Origin: Takakia lepidozioides
Taxonomy: Eukaryota > Plantae > Bryophyta
Reading direction: 5' to 3'
Assembly: GCA_030704615.1 (NCBI GenBank)
Contig: CM060733.1
Span: 49,600,001 to 49,664,000, forward strand
DNA: 64,000 nucleotides
Below are positions 12,951 through 26,158 of the stretch, in pieces (within the stretch, counting starts at the first letter, position 1; each line of letters opens with the position of its first letter). A model generated the notes under the pieces. The model saw only the letters and a program-made list of their open reading frames with translations. It ran no database searches and was not told the DNA's origin. The translations under genes and the position numbers were made by a program.

Positions 12951-13971
12951 ATGATGGTTGCAACTTTGTTTTGCTTGATTATATTTCTGACACCAATATT
13001 CTTATTGAATGACGTATCTGATTACTGTGTGTATAACGATGCCTCATATGATATCTTCGCCGTCGAGGTACTCATGAATTAGTAGTTACGAGTCACGAAA
13101 CCTACATGAAAGTGCATTGATCAGTTGCAAAGTAATTTGAAATTATTCTAAAGTGTATAGAAATAGTTATCAAAACAAGTCCACTTCACATAGGGGAACT
13201 ATACCATTTTCTCAACGGAAAGAACCTGAAAAATACACTCACGACTTCCACAACTTTATGAAATTCCTCTTCATAGTCTAACAATTCCTTGAAAAATCTT
13301 CAAGTCTCTATGTTTATCATGGTCCTGATACCAATTAGATTGAAAGAGATGTTTGCTTATATATCATATATACAAAACACAACAGTACTCTATAGGCTAC
13401 AATAACTTTTTAAATTTTTAGATTAATAGGAAATATAAGACTAGTTTTGACCACGGTTTGAGATCTATCAGTAGGATTGACAATAAAATCAAAGTTTGAA
13501 ATTACTTATTAATATATATTTTTCAACTTTCGATGATTAAAAATATAATAATATTGCATTTTACTGCTTCAACATAAATTATGTTGATATTGCATGTTAC
13601 CATATAGTATTCACATAATCATCTACACAATGTGTCTACATATCTCAAATTTTCTCCAAAACTGATCTGCGGGTAGCTATGAATGTTGCAATTGGCGTTT
13701 GCTTGGTTGCATTTACGTGGATTCGGTCCATCTTGAAGATCCGTATATCAATATGCAATGCGGATTAACCAGAATTGCCGTCTATATCAATGTTTTAAAT
13801 ATGGATCATGCCTTTGCATTTCCTGTATATGTTATCAACGGGGGCATACTATATTGGGATGGTAACGCTGATCCGGTTTCATGTTGGGAAGGACCATGCC
13901 AAGGTCCAAACATCAATTGGGACGGAAGCATAGGCCCTCCGTCTAATATTTGTCCTGACGGCATTGTCTAA
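12951..13971 (+). pseudogene. Small secreted cysteine-rich protein gene, probably disrupted
   Basis: Exon 12951-13067 MMVATLFCLIIFLTPIFLLNDVSDYCVYNDASYDIFAVE|GT (signal-peptide-like); downstream coding segment SAGSYECCNWRLLGC...ICPDGIV* ends 13971; acceptor/frame near 13630-13665 unresolved. Confidence 0.45.
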
Positions 13972-16003
13972 AATGTGACAAGATTGTGCCGGACTGAGCC
14001 AACCCAACCGTGGAGCACTTTTTTGGACCCGCGCGCCAGTAGATTGCTGTTTTGGGGCAAGTGCCATGGCAGTGAGGGGGTACACCAAACAACACTGCAA
14101 CCGTAACCTCATGCGGCCTCCAACACTCCCCTCCCCTAGTGGCAACCCCATCAAACCACCCTGCACATGTCTCCTTGGCTTATGCGCCTTGTTCCGGGGA
14201 ACCACCTAGACAGACGCCTGTCTTTTTGGCTGACGTGCCTTGCTCCGGGGGAACCACATGGACATAGGCCGCCTTATCCTCACGCCATAAATGCAGACGG
14301 TCGTTTTTTTTAGTATCTCCAGTAGGTACCGGCCGGGCCTAGAGGGCCTGTATCTTGCACCCAGGGGCGCGGATACCAGGGCCGGGGGCTCCTTTGCCGT
14401 TGCCCCCGGCATTTAGGGACCCTGGTGGAGATGCTCTTAGATGAGACACTTGGGCCAATGCCACGCCAACGGCGCAAGCTACGCTAGTATGAATTAGCGT
14501 ACAAATGGATGAATATGCTGCCCGCTAGATGGATGTAAAGGTGACTGTCGAGTCATCCATCGATCATCCTCCTCAGATGAAAGTAGCTAGTAAAGAGGAA
14601 GGATGGATGGACAGACCTAAGCCCTAAACCTGCCCCGCTGGAAAGACAGGATGCCCCTCATTATTGGCCCAAATAATACCTCGGCGACCGGTTCTGCCCG
14701 TCTCCAGATCAAAAGTATGCGGTATTGACCGGCATCGTACAGAAAGATCGGAATCTGACCGGTGATAACCGGTCGACGTTGGAATTCCAAAGACAGATTG
14801 CGAGGGAGGAGGAGGAGGTAGTGTTGTGAAAGCGAGGAGCTCCGCTACGGCGGCATCACCTTAGCGATCAAGGTGCGAGAAGGAGCTCTGATATGGCGGC
14901 GCCACCTTAGCGATGATGGTGTGAGAAGCATGCAGTGGGGTGTGAAACAGCAAGGTGAGAACGAAATGTGTTGAGTGATGAAGGAACGGTCATTCCCTGG
15001 TAGCCAGCTCCGCAATCAGTGTTAGGTAGTATCTGAAGGTAAGACATGTAAAGTTGCACTGAGAGAGGGACAGAAATAAGAGAGAAAGAGAGAGAGAGGT
15101 GAGACTGTTCGTCGAACAGCCACAATGTGTGCGGCCTGGGGTAGGTAACAACTAGACAGATGCATTGAGCCGAAAATTCAACGGCCTCTTTGGTGTTTTT
15201 TTTGTAAGATTGACTGGTTTCCATGTACACTTGATGTGAAGTTCCACAAAGTTCTTGTCCAATGCATCTATTGTGGTCCTGTTTGGCCAGAGTTGGGATG
15301 AGGGGTGAGAGATAGAAAATAGCGGATACGGACAAACAGGTTCCTTGTACAGATAAGTCGTGTTTACAAATACAACACGAACGATGGTATGATCCAACAG
15401 AGCAGGAGGTTCCGCGAAGGAAAGTTTTCGCTAGATAGTATCTGTATCCTTTTTGCTTGTTCTCGTGAGATCAAAAAGTTTCTGTAGTCTCATCTCTTCA
15501 TGTTGGCTGTGATCTAGCCAGGCAAAAAGAGAGCAGGAAATCGTTTGCAAGTAACGTGAGGCCACCAAGCAGGCCTTCATGTCTCTCCATAGCTTTTTTG
15601 GCTGGTAATGTAGGTGGTTACAATCACGGTTACTCTGGTTGGGCAGGTTTTTCGTGGATCTTGAGGCATAGCTTTCACCAGCGTTAGTGTAGCATGGAAC
15701 TGCCGTTGGTTCTGAATTGCCAGCTGCTGCTTTGTTCATTATTCTGTGGCCGGCATCCTGTCAACATGAACAAAGGAGCAAATGTGGAATCCAGTTGTGG
15801 CTTTAATACGAAGTACGTTACCTTAGATAACGATAGAATCCTAACTGTTAGAGTTATGCAGTTGAACATGCTAGGTGAGAGGGTAGCCATGGGTGGCGCT
15901 CTCTTTTATGACAGAAACACAGTTCTTTGTTACAATTGTGAGAAGGATCTATATTGACAATTGAAATGGCTTACCTCTACAGATTCATAATACATCGCCA
16001 GGT

Positions 16004-17065
16004 ATGGCGACAGAAGGCTTTGATGGCATTAGTACAAGTTCCCCCAAACACTGGGTTTTGGCATGGAAAGATAAACTTTTGGTCTGGTGGGAGGATCTAG
16101 CGGTCTTTGGAATTGCAATTGGCTACTGTCTATCTGCCGCCCTTTTGTCCATCATCAATAAATGGGCAGTTATGGTATTCCCCTTCCCAGGTTCGCTGAC
16201 AGCCCTCCAGTATGCTGTAAGTACTGGAGCTGTCTTCATTCTTGGGAGATTTCATGTCCTGCAGCATGATCCTCTCAGCCTTCGGACAATGTGGCATTTT
16301 TTGCCTGCTGCAGTGTGCTTTTATCTCTCGCTTTTCACCAACAGTGAGCTCCTCCTCCATGCTAATGTGGATACGTTCATTGTGTTCCGTTCAGCTGTTC
16401 CGATATTTGTAGCAATTGGTGAGACATTGTACTTGAAGCAGCCGTGGCCCTCACTGAACACTTGGCTGGCTCTTGGAGTTATTTTGGGGGGTTCCATTGT
16501 GTACGTGATCACGGACTCGCAGTTCACCCTCAATGCGTACATCTGGGCTTTTGCCTACCTTGCCAGCATGTCCATAGATTTCGTTTACATCAAGCACATA
16601 GTCATGACCATTGGTTTGAACACTTGGGGTCTTGTTTTGTACAATAACTTGGAGGCCTTCCTCCTCTACCCCATTGAGCTCCTTGTGATGAGGGAAGCAA
16701 TTGAGTTGAAGAAGGGCACAGCAGACCACACAATAGACTGGACGTCGTTCCAAGTTTGGCTCCCTGTGGGGCTTTCTTGTCTCTTTGGGCTCTCTATTTC
16801 CTTCTTTGGTTTTTCTTGCCGGAGAACAATTTCAGCAACAAGCTTTACTGTGTTAGGGGTGGTGAATAAGCTACTTACAGTGGTGATTAACCTAGTGATT
16901 TGGAATAAGCATGCATCAGCAATTGGGACACTGGGGCTTTTGACATGCATCAGTGGGGGTGTGCTGTATCAGCAAGCGACTTCGAAACCTAAAATTGCTG
17001 TTCCCTTAAAAAGTCCAGACAATGTGGAAGGAGATGTTGAACAGCAACCGGCTGACAACGGATAA
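16004..17065 (+). CDS. GONST3: Golgi nucleotide-sugar transporter, GONST3/GGLT1 type (GDP-L-galactose transporter family), intronless CDS, 353 aa
   Basis: GYCLSA.LLSIINKWA, FTNSELLLHANVDTFIVFRSAVP, GLNTWGLVLYNN, ISAT.FTVLG.VNK match the GONST3 clade as I recall it; likely 5'UTR intron ending CTCTACAG about 15982. Confidence 0.9.
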   Translation: MATEGFDGISTSSPKHWVLAWKDKLLVWWEDLAVFGIAIGYCLSAALLSIINKWAVMVFPFPGSLTALQYAVSTGAVFILGRFHVLQHDPLSLRTMWHFLPAAVCFYLSLFTNSELLLHANVDTFIVFRSAVPIFVAIGETLYLKQPWPSLNTWLALGVILGGSIVYVITDSQFTLNAYIWAFAYLASMSIDFVYIKHIVMTIGLNTWGLVLYNNLEAFLLYPIELLVMREAIELKKGTADHTIDWTSFQVWLPVGLSCLFGLSISFFGFSCRRTISATSFTVLGVVNKLLTVVINLVIWNKHASAIGTLGLLTCISGGVLYQQATSKPKIAVPLKSPDNVEGDVEQQPADNG

Positions 17066-20000
17066 GCTCCAGAGCAAGGGAATGATGAGGAAGTTCGGCT
17101 TGCTCAGGCTTTTTATCAAGGTGTTTCCTCAAAAGCTCATGATTCAGGTGATCCTTCCAGTCCAGCATTGAATCCATATGCAGTACTTTCTGCTTTCTCT
17201 CCATCCCTCCCTTCTATGCCCGGCACTTTTTCGAAGCACTCAGGCCTTCTCTGCCCATCAACAATGATTTGTTCTTGTCACTGTCCTCACAAATCTCAAC
17301 AGGCAACGCTCAATCTTCAGTCCCACCACCTTCTGTCTCTCTCCATGATCCCTTTGAGCGCCTTCTTGGAAACCAAGCAAACCCGTCTCTTGGCTATGGA
17401 ATTCCAGGCTGGCTTTGCAGGATGAGGATGCATTCTTCTCGGTGCCTACCCACACACTTCAAGGTGGCCCAAGATCAGCGCCTGTAACTCCGGGAATCAC
17501 TTTGGAGCTCTCCGGCCTTTCAGAGCTACTTTGGGACACACAGAGCCTGGGTCTTCCACGGTCTCCATCAACGACACATGCACCATATTCACACTATCCA
17601 GGGGAGCTTTCTTCCGACCTGAGTTTTGATGGGGACACCGCGTCTCGATTCTGTTCTTTTGAATCAGTGAGTGATTATCCAAGTGGGTTAGGGCTGCGAG
17701 CCATGGGACGCACCCACCAGTTAGGAGAAGATATGATCTGGTACAGATGAGCTTGTCCGTTGTTATCTTATGTCCCTAGTAATGTAGCTTTGTCCACTAT
17801 CCTTCTCCATGCTGGGGACATTGGAGTCGTTCATAGTTGCCTTGGAGTGGCCAAAAGCCAGGTATGCTCTGTGTGTTATTTTCTTTGATAGTACATAAGT
17901 TGGTGCCTCTTCAAAGTTCATATATAATAAACTGCAGTTCTGAGCAGTAACAATAGCACTGTAGGAAGGAAAGTGGAGAGTGTTCGACTTGGAGGATCTC
18001 GCCCTCTTTGACTCCCCCAATATTTGAGGTTATTTTGTTTGCCATATGTAAGATGTGCTTGGACTCTACTGGAAGATAGATCTATCTGGCAGATCATCAT
18101 GATAAAAGTACTCTTCTCCGTGACCTTCATGGCCAGCAATTTAGTCTGGGATACAAATGCAACAGATTGATACAAGAGTCAACCTGAAGGGTAATGAAGC
18201 CTCATATAGAACCAGGGATACCCAGGATCAGTCGAAGCTAGCACCAGTATCCTTCCCTCGGCCGTTGCCACATCAGTAATGCACTGTTCTGCCCAGCTCA
18301 TGCATATTGACATCCACAATCAAATGTCCGCTGCCTCACAATACCGACCAGCATCTCGGCCTCTGCTTTATCTTATTTGCCGCAATTAGCCACAGACATG
18401 CAAGTAGTTTTCTCCTGCAACTTGATCAGTATATGGCCTGTAATGAATCCCCCAGGGAGATATGTGATTGAATGATCCGGTTGCAGGACAAAGATCGGCA
18501 GTACACCTTCAAAGAACAGAGAGGTGACAAACGATCAGAGGGGTTTAGAGAGACAGATATGTTGAGGAGGCCCTGAATTGATCTGAATTGTTTATGGCAA
18601 TGCAATTGAGCAAAACACTGATCACATAACTATACAAAGATCAACACTCAGTTATGTCTTACCGACAATATTCTTCTTCCTCAACAGCTAATTTATCAGG
18701 GTCAATGATGCACTATGAGAATGATCTGTAAACTTATTTCCCAATGAAATTCTCTAGTCGTGGTTGTGTATTGTAAACTCCATAAGGAATTCAATTTTGA
18801 GTTTTTGTTGTGACTTCGTTGCACAATGCAGCCGTCCTCACTTGTATTTGTTAGGACACCCCAATCACCCACAGTCGTCAATAGTTCTTACTTTTCTTCA
18901 AGATTCACATGGTCTTCTTTTGTCTAACTATGAAAAACTTAAGTTCCCATGTATGCCAGAAAAATGTGAGGTAAAATCTAATCAAAATACACCTACAGAC
19001 GCACAGAATCAGGTTAGTTCTACTTCAAATTGCTTGGTCCGAATCACAAAAGGGACCAACTGTGGCCCAATGGGCACTGAGTTGTCCACGCAAAGGATAA
19101 GGATGAAGCATGCACAGTTCCTGAAGCACAACATGCACTACACAGACATATGTGTGCATATATACACAAATTCCATTTACAACTAGCAGGAGATTGCATC
19201 TGTTGATTCAATACAGATTTGCTTTCCTGGGGAATCCAAAATAGAATGCTTAGTTTGATAGATTGCTTACCGCATCATCTATCTGTAAATCATTGAACTC
19301 CCAAGGGGAATACAGGACCGGGGCGACTTGATGGCACACTGAGAGACAGACGAGACTGCTGCATGATGCTTGGCAACACCCTACTTGGAGGAGATACCAA
19401 TATAGGTTAAAAAGACCTTTTCCAGGACCAACCGGACAACCCTCCCATACTGCTGTCACTCCACAAAGATGTGCAAAGAGAGGAAACATAACGAAAAGGC
19501 CAGGTGTGCCATACTGCTTGGGTGTCATTTACCAATTGAGTAGTAGCCAGCAAAGTAAAAGTTCACCCATGGATGCAAGAAATTTGTTGTTAAGAGTATG
19601 ATGCTAGAAGGGATTCTGAACAGAATAGACTGTACCATTATCAGAACAAACACTCATGAAAAGAGAATGTGGTATATAACCAGTACTCTCTTCGAGGTGC
19701 TCACACAGAACCTAATATGTTGCAGGCAAAAGGCAAGGGAGTGGATCTGAGCCAGAATGTACCCAGTGCGAGTCATAATACATTCAGAGCCATTGATATA
19801 CAGAATTTTGAAGTCACTGAGGGACAGCTTGCTCAGATCATCAGATGTAAGCTGCTAAAGCACCTGCACTGCTAGGGCCCCCTGCAAGCAACGACCATTC
19901 ATCATGCACATGCCACCATACAGCCTTACCCCCATCCTGGAAGGGCTTCAAATGCTTTGCAAGGTGCCCCAAATCCTTGTCCCTACAGCCAGCAGGTAGA

Positions 20001-21315
20001 GATGCTCATCCGTCACTTGCAGTTTTTTTCATACGAGTATACTTCGGGGTGGACTTCCATCGCAAGCAAAACTAGCATGTACCAAACCAAACCCGAAGTC
20101 TCCAATTGATTGAGAGGACTTCATACATAAGAACTACTTTTCAGGACACACTCTGAAGCCTCAACAACCAGGAAAACCATTCTCCTTTGTCTCTGTACAT
20201 TCCAGCTGAAACCAAACCCAGCAGATGCGCAATAAGAACTACCAAGTTCTCCCTGCGGCTTGAGCTCACCAACTAGGTAGACTTGCCAAAGTCACATCAG
20301 ATCTCGAAGCAAGAGGTGTGGTTTGTCGGCCTAATACAGATAAGGCGAAACTTGGACGAGTGGTTTCTTCATGCGGCATTTCAACTATACTGCCGCACCT
20401 GTTGCCTTGATTTCGCCTGAGTGAATCCCATATCAATTTGTTTACCCACCATCTCTTTTTCGGATTCAGCAGCAAAGTCCGTTTCCTGAAAGTCTTTCGT
20501 CATTGCACCCCCCTTGTCTCGCAGGAACTGCACGGCATTGTCCGCCCTTTCTCTCTTGACACTACCTGCAGCCTCGACTTCTACTCTCCTTGCGGTCTTC
20601 ACCTTCACTTTTGCTTCCCCTAACAATATCAAATGATAGGGACACCCCCTTTGGTCTCCGATTCCGCAGCTTTCTCCTCTCCTCCAGCTTTAGCTTCGCA
20701 GCCTCTCTCACGGTTGTCTTCTCTTGATCCGTCAATGTCTTTCTCTTACTTGCTTCGGTCGGAAATAGCATCGTCCTCATTAGGTGAATCTTCCGACGGT
20801 CTGTCAGCCTTGCACTCGACAAGTCTTGCACGCATGGCATTTTCAATTCCTGCAATGAAGCCGCCATCTGCTGTCGCTTCTGTTTCGCAGTCATCACAGT
20901 CCACTTTACCTTCACCGTTGGAGCCTCTTTCATCACCTCTACCTCAAACAAGTACAGTTGCAAGTGCGACAAAAGCAGGTGCAAATCCTTGTTTGTCGGT
21001 ATCTGCGGGACTCCCATCCTCACCATCTCCTTCGTGCTTAGACGATTCGAATCTGAACGAAAGAGTTACCTCACCACAACCAACTTCCACATCTCTATCA
21101 CCTCCTGGCGCTTTGGCTTCTTGTCTGCAGTGTCTCCAGCACCAAGCAGATTTGACGGGTCCCCTTCTCTCTCTCCGGAATTTGTTTCAGATACGCAGAA
21201 GATCGACTGTCCCTCAAAACCAGAGAGCACCTCCATGCCTAACCCCGATGTAGATACTGCATTGTGCCCTGAAGACAACATAGGATTAAAAGGCAATGAA
21301 AACAATGAAAACATT

Positions 21316-21361
21316 ATCCCATATCGATTGCCCAGTTTTTCAGTTGGGCGTAGTATATAAA
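21316..21361 (+). promoter_or_regulatory. Plant snRNA promoter: USE (ATCCCATATCG, 21316-21326) and TATA (TATATAAA, 21354-21361)
   Basis: One mismatch to USE consensus RTCCCACATCG; TATA at -31 from the U2 start. Confidence 0.85.
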
Positions 21362-21384
21362 CCCCAAGGATCAGAAGATGTGGT

Positions 21385-21578
21385 ATACCATTCTCGGCCT
21401 TTTGGCTAAGATCAAGTGTAGTATCTGTTCTTATCAGTTTAATATCTGATACGAGACTCATCGGGTCTCATGGTATTAATCTAATTTTTCTCGGGTGCGT
21501 GTCCACCCGGCAGCTTGCTGCCCGGGCCCGCGTGCGTCGCCTTGGTATTGCACAACCTCCTTGGCTGGCGCAACCCTC
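21385..21578 (+). ncRNA. U2: U2 spliceosomal snRNA
   Basis: ATACC.TTCTCGGCCTTTTGGCTAAGATCAAGTGTAGTATCTGTTCTTATCAGTTTAATATCTGATA 5' domain with branch-recognition GTAGTA, Sm-like AATTTTTC, loop IV-like TTGCAC; 3' end approximate. Confidence 0.97.
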
Positions 21579-23447
21579 CCCTCACGGGGAACCATATAAA
21601 GCAAACACGGAGTAGCTTGGTAGCTTGGCAAACTTCGAAGATAATGTGTGCAATTCCATGCAGAGAAGTCTGAAGCTTTTGTAAGTGGTGGTGCCTTGCC
21701 ACTGCCAGGTGTGGAAACAGAAGAAGGGCCAAGCTTCTTTCAACCTTCGACAACTCTTGGGGGGTAGAGATGGGTTCCTTTGCAGGAGAATTGACGAGTC
21801 CCGCGTCGTTTAAGAGGAAATCCCCTCCTGCTGGAAGCTCCGTCAGTTCTAAGCTTTTTCCTTGGGGGGTGGAAGAGACAGATGTCAATTGGAGGTACAA
21901 GAGAAGTCTTCGCAAAGGAAAATCGAAGACCCAAAAGGAAGGGAGGCAGCGTATAATTGAACTGTAGTTTAGCCTTTAGCTTTAAGGCTCAGGTTCCCTG
22001 TCCATAAGCTTGTTGGACAGGCTGGCTCCATTGCAGCTGCGCACTCGGCTGATCGCTTTTTCCCTCTTCTTGGCTTGCACCTCTGCTGGAACTTTTCATA
22101 GAATTGCGTTAGGGTAGAAGCACCTATGGCTTAGTAAATTGCTATAGAGAGGAAAAAATCTGAATAGTATACTTGGTGGGGTCCACCATAGTGTCATTGG
22201 AAAGCTCTTGAGTGAGGCTTGTTTTTTTGTAGTTCGTGGCCAACGCTAATTTCGCCATTTTATGCATTTAATTGAGGGAGGATTGGAGGGACCCCATCAG
22301 TCGCATGTGGCCCACCGTGTTCTAGATATGGTCAGTTTCCATGGTCCATAATATTCTATATGTGCTGCAAGTTGCACCCATTATGGCTCATTATGATTCA
22401 TGTTTGGCCCATAAGAGATTTGCAGGAGCCTTTCATGGCGAAAGAAGGGATTATCCTAAAACAAATCAATTGCGTTATACAAATTTTATGAACACCTGTA
22501 ATTCATGGAAATCCTTGCAATTGATCAAAGATTTTCTCTCTTTGTCTTGTAGGTCTATTTTAGGGGGGATAGCAGTCGCGAGCATGTGAGCGTGAGTGAC
22601 CAATTTTTTTTAGGTTTGGACATGAGAATCTAATCAAACCTGTAGGTTTGGTGAGATTTATAGGTTCGACACCAATAATATGGCTTTGGATATAGGTTCG
22701 ATTTAGGTTCGGAAATAGGCTCGGACTTGGTTCTCCGGCAAACCACACATTGATTGTATAATATGTGGTTCGCTGGATAACTATATGATGCCGAACCTAA
22801 TCCCGACCCAAACTCCAAACCTAATAAAATACAAAATTAAATGCTCATATGTATAAATTAATGTGAGCATATATATATATATTAAAATTAAAAAGGGAAA
22901 CACCTGGGAGCGACCCTTGATAGAGAGAGGAGAAAATAACCTCTCACTAACCTCGCCGTAAGGCTTTCTGATGCGACACTGCGCAGAGAAGGGGGAATTT
23001 ATTGTATCTGAAAATCATAAATTGTGCTCACATAATATTCATTTTTGCTTTTATGCTCACCGAAAATTTGGTTTGCTCACCTGCTCACCAACTATCAACA
23101 CCCCTATTTTAGGTGTGCAAGGAAGCATTTTCGCTGCTTTGCTGAGCCTTGGTATCTGACAGACTGCATAAAATCTTGCAGCAGTGTTTATGCTGTTTGG
23201 TAGGTTGACCTATGGTGCTTGCCTAATATTGGTTGTTCTTTCCTGCTGGGCTCTGCTTAGCATGCAAAGCTTACCCTTCTTCTTTTCTTCTATCATTCTT
23301 TCTTATCTTGGCTTATGGTTTGGAGTGGAACCTCAGTAATCTGTCTTATGGGTCTTTGTAAGGTTATTTTTTCCTTACCTTCTTAATAAAGTTTATCAGG
23401 GCTACAATCCCCATGTTCTCTAATTTGTTTTAAAAAAAAAAAAAAAA

Positions 23448-23790
23448 TCAAATTGGGGGAGTGTGTGCACAAGGGGCAGAATGGGGATGGGTATATGTGA
23501 GGCCAAAATCGATGTTTCCGTGCATATCTAAATTTGAGTGTTTGTCTTATTTGTGCATCTGTAGTTGCTTTTGAACTCCAGAAATAGTTAGAGAATTTGT
23601 GGTTGAGTACCGGGGATTGTGCCCATTTTTTGATATGGCCGGTTTTAGTGAGGCCATGACATGCTTGTGTGCTTCTGTTGCAAGGATTGTTGACATTATG
23701 TGGTTTTGAATCCACAACCATAAAAATACACTACGTGGTATCTTATATTCAACTTTCCATTCATTTGTAGATGGTTTAGATTCCAACTTT
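23448..23790 (-). mobile_element. LINE (non-LTR retrotransposon) C-terminal remnant
   Basis: SNYFW...TDAQIRQTLKFRY..HRFWP..YPSPFCPLC resembles LINE ORF2 C-terminal zinc-knuckle region; abuts a plus-strand AATAAA (23385) and A16 tail (23432-23447) of a probable second retroposed piece. Confidence 0.5.
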
Positions 23791-23800
23791 ACATTTTTTA

Positions 23801-25076
23801 GAAGGCCCTGCTAGTTAGCAGAGCCCACCAACGTGAGGTGGAGGCGAAAGAAACTCGTAAAAGACAGCCTTCACCATCTTTATATAGTGTCTCAAGGCGG
23901 CGGTGGAGCCTTCTAGAAGGGGCCATCGCCTCATCCTCCTTCTTCAAAGCTCTAGAACTAGAAAGAGGGCCCACCTTCCTACTTCTATACTAGCTTCCAT
24001 GTGGCCTCCATTCCTTCTTTCTTGCTTTACTTACTTCTTTCTTGCTTTACTTGATACCTCACAAGCCAAATTAACTTACCCCAACGCACACCCGTGCCAT
24101 CCCACTATCCGACCCTCCATATCTTATTTTTGGACCTTCAAAAGAATCCCTTGTTAATGAAATTGCTTTATATAGTGAAACATATGACCCTTGCTTAGAT
24201 TTAAAAAAGTTCACAATTTAATCCTTATTGAGCTAGCATATACTTTTTCTATGATACCCGTTCCATATTTTTTCTTTTTAGTGCAGGCAGGCCCTGGGTA
24301 TAGATTAGTTAGTAGTAGGTAATAAGTTGGAGGCAAGAGAGGCCACTCAGAGCAAGCCTCCCCTCCTTTACATACCCTCTTGGGGCGGCGCGCTCACCGT
24401 CTAAGTTAGAAGGCTGGTTCTCACCAAATGTGCACACTCTCATAGTTGGGCCCTAGACGTGGCCGGACACCTGTCCCATCGCTCTATTGCACGCTTTCCT
24501 GCATCCCTATTGGTCGCTACAATCATCGTTTTTTTGTTTTTGGGCCTTCAAAATTTCCCCCAACTGATGTTCAGTACTTTTTCATGTTGTTAATTGCATC
24601 CGACCGTACCTTGAAATATAACTCCACGGCATCTGGCCGTAGGAATTGGAATCTCACTAGTATCATTTTCTAGAGCATGAAAGGTTTATGCAACATTTGC
24701 AGAGTAGATTAATCTTATTGAAATTCCTAAATGGTTGAGCCAATTAATATTGAGTTCAAATTCCGCATATACTAATAGGGGCTGATCCTAACGGTCGAAA
24801 AAAGGTAGAAGATTGGACCGGCCAATGGGGACGGAGGGCAGGCCTGTTGGAATGGGTGACATACAAGGACAGCTGTAGAAGGTAGCATAGAAGTAGGACG
24901 GTTGGCCTGCTCATAGTCTAGAGCATTCCAGAAGCACGACTTAGGTGGTGGAGATGAGGCGGTGTGCCTTTCTAGAAGGCTCCACCACGGGAGTATATAA
25001 AGAGGGCAAGGGCTAAACTCTACCGGGTTTCCTCTGCCTCCACCTCACTTAGGTGGGCTCTGAAAGCAGGGCCCCC
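23801..25076. mobile_element. Non-autonomous PIF/Harbinger-like element with long (about 140 bp) imperfect TIRs
   Basis: Left GAAGGCCCTGC..CAGAGCCCACC..GTGAGGTGGAGGC..GTGGAGCCTTCTAGAA mirrors the right end ..GCAGGGCCCCC; TTA flanks both sides (23798-23800, 25077-25079). Confidence 0.75.
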
Positions 25077-26158
25077 TTAGAAAAGTAAACCTAAACCATC
25101 TTCAAATGAATAGAAATGACAAATAAGTAGACTAGCCACTTGTGACTCCGGACCAAGATCAAGAAACATCGAGACCAACCAATTTAAAGCAAATTGGTCC
25201 GGATCCTGGTCCCTAATGTTTTTTCTCTTAATATTAATATTGTAGGGACCAAATTTCGCGGTGGTGTGCGTAAGGGCCTTGGGATCAAAACCAAGAAAAC
25301 TTAAATTGGGATGTATCACCTTCCACCTTTCCCACTTGACATATCGAGATTGGTTTTAGCCCCCGATCGACCCGGGGAAAAGGGTTTCTTCAAACGTGAC
25401 ACATATTTTTCTGGATTTATATTTGATTGAAAATTCGTCAAAAGCTAAGTTGTAGCCCCTAACAATGGCTTTTGAACCCCAGCTGCCCAAGGTGATTAGT
25501 GAAATTGGTAGAAAGTTATGGTGATCGACGCAACCCAAATGGTGAAATGCGAGATTGTCCCCATATATGCCTTGTCCCCTATCCCAAGCTTAGTGGCGGG
25601 GCTGCGCCTGGCCGCACTGGGGACATTGGACCCAAAGTGTCCCATGTATTGCCCATTGGATACACCATAAGAAACAAGGGACAGTGCAGAATTAGAGGTC
25701 AGGCAAGGGAAATCCATATCTGAGGGGGTTTGCAATGATGAATTCAATCAGAAATTCATGAGGACCTTCCCACTTGAATCACAACATTGCAATGTTCTTA
25801 AGTAAAAAAAGAAAAAAAAAAAGGTTCTTTCTTAGTTCTTAATTGATTTTCCCAGAAATCATTCCCAGGTTTTTCCCAAAATCCAAAAAGGTGGCAAAAT
25901 ACAGAAAATGCAGATGTGCACCCCCGCAATCACTACAAAGGAGGTATATGCAAATGTTGTCCAAGAACTCTGAAAAATTAGGAGAAGCCGGCTAACATCA
26001 TGAGGTGGCATTTGGGACCCTTATATGCAGGCGGCGGGTGGCACTCCTCCACGGAACCATGGGTGATCCATGATCCCTACCCGCATATATATATATATAT
26101 ATGAGACACCAACCCAAGTTTGCGTAAATAAGAGCCTCTTCCCTTTGCGGGTACGGAC

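Noticed and set aside
13980-14440. Tourist/Harbinger-like end GGAGATGCTCT at about 14437
   Set aside because: Only one terminus seen; cannot delimit an element
20633-21253. 206-aa Ser-rich plus-strand ORF, and many antisense ORFs over the PPR and transposase genes
   Set aside because: Shadow ORFs of opposite-strand coding or low-complexity sequence; no recognisable domains
22561-23106. hAT-like MITE with TAGGGG...CCCCTA ends
   Set aside because: TIRs poorly matched and no 8-bp TSD
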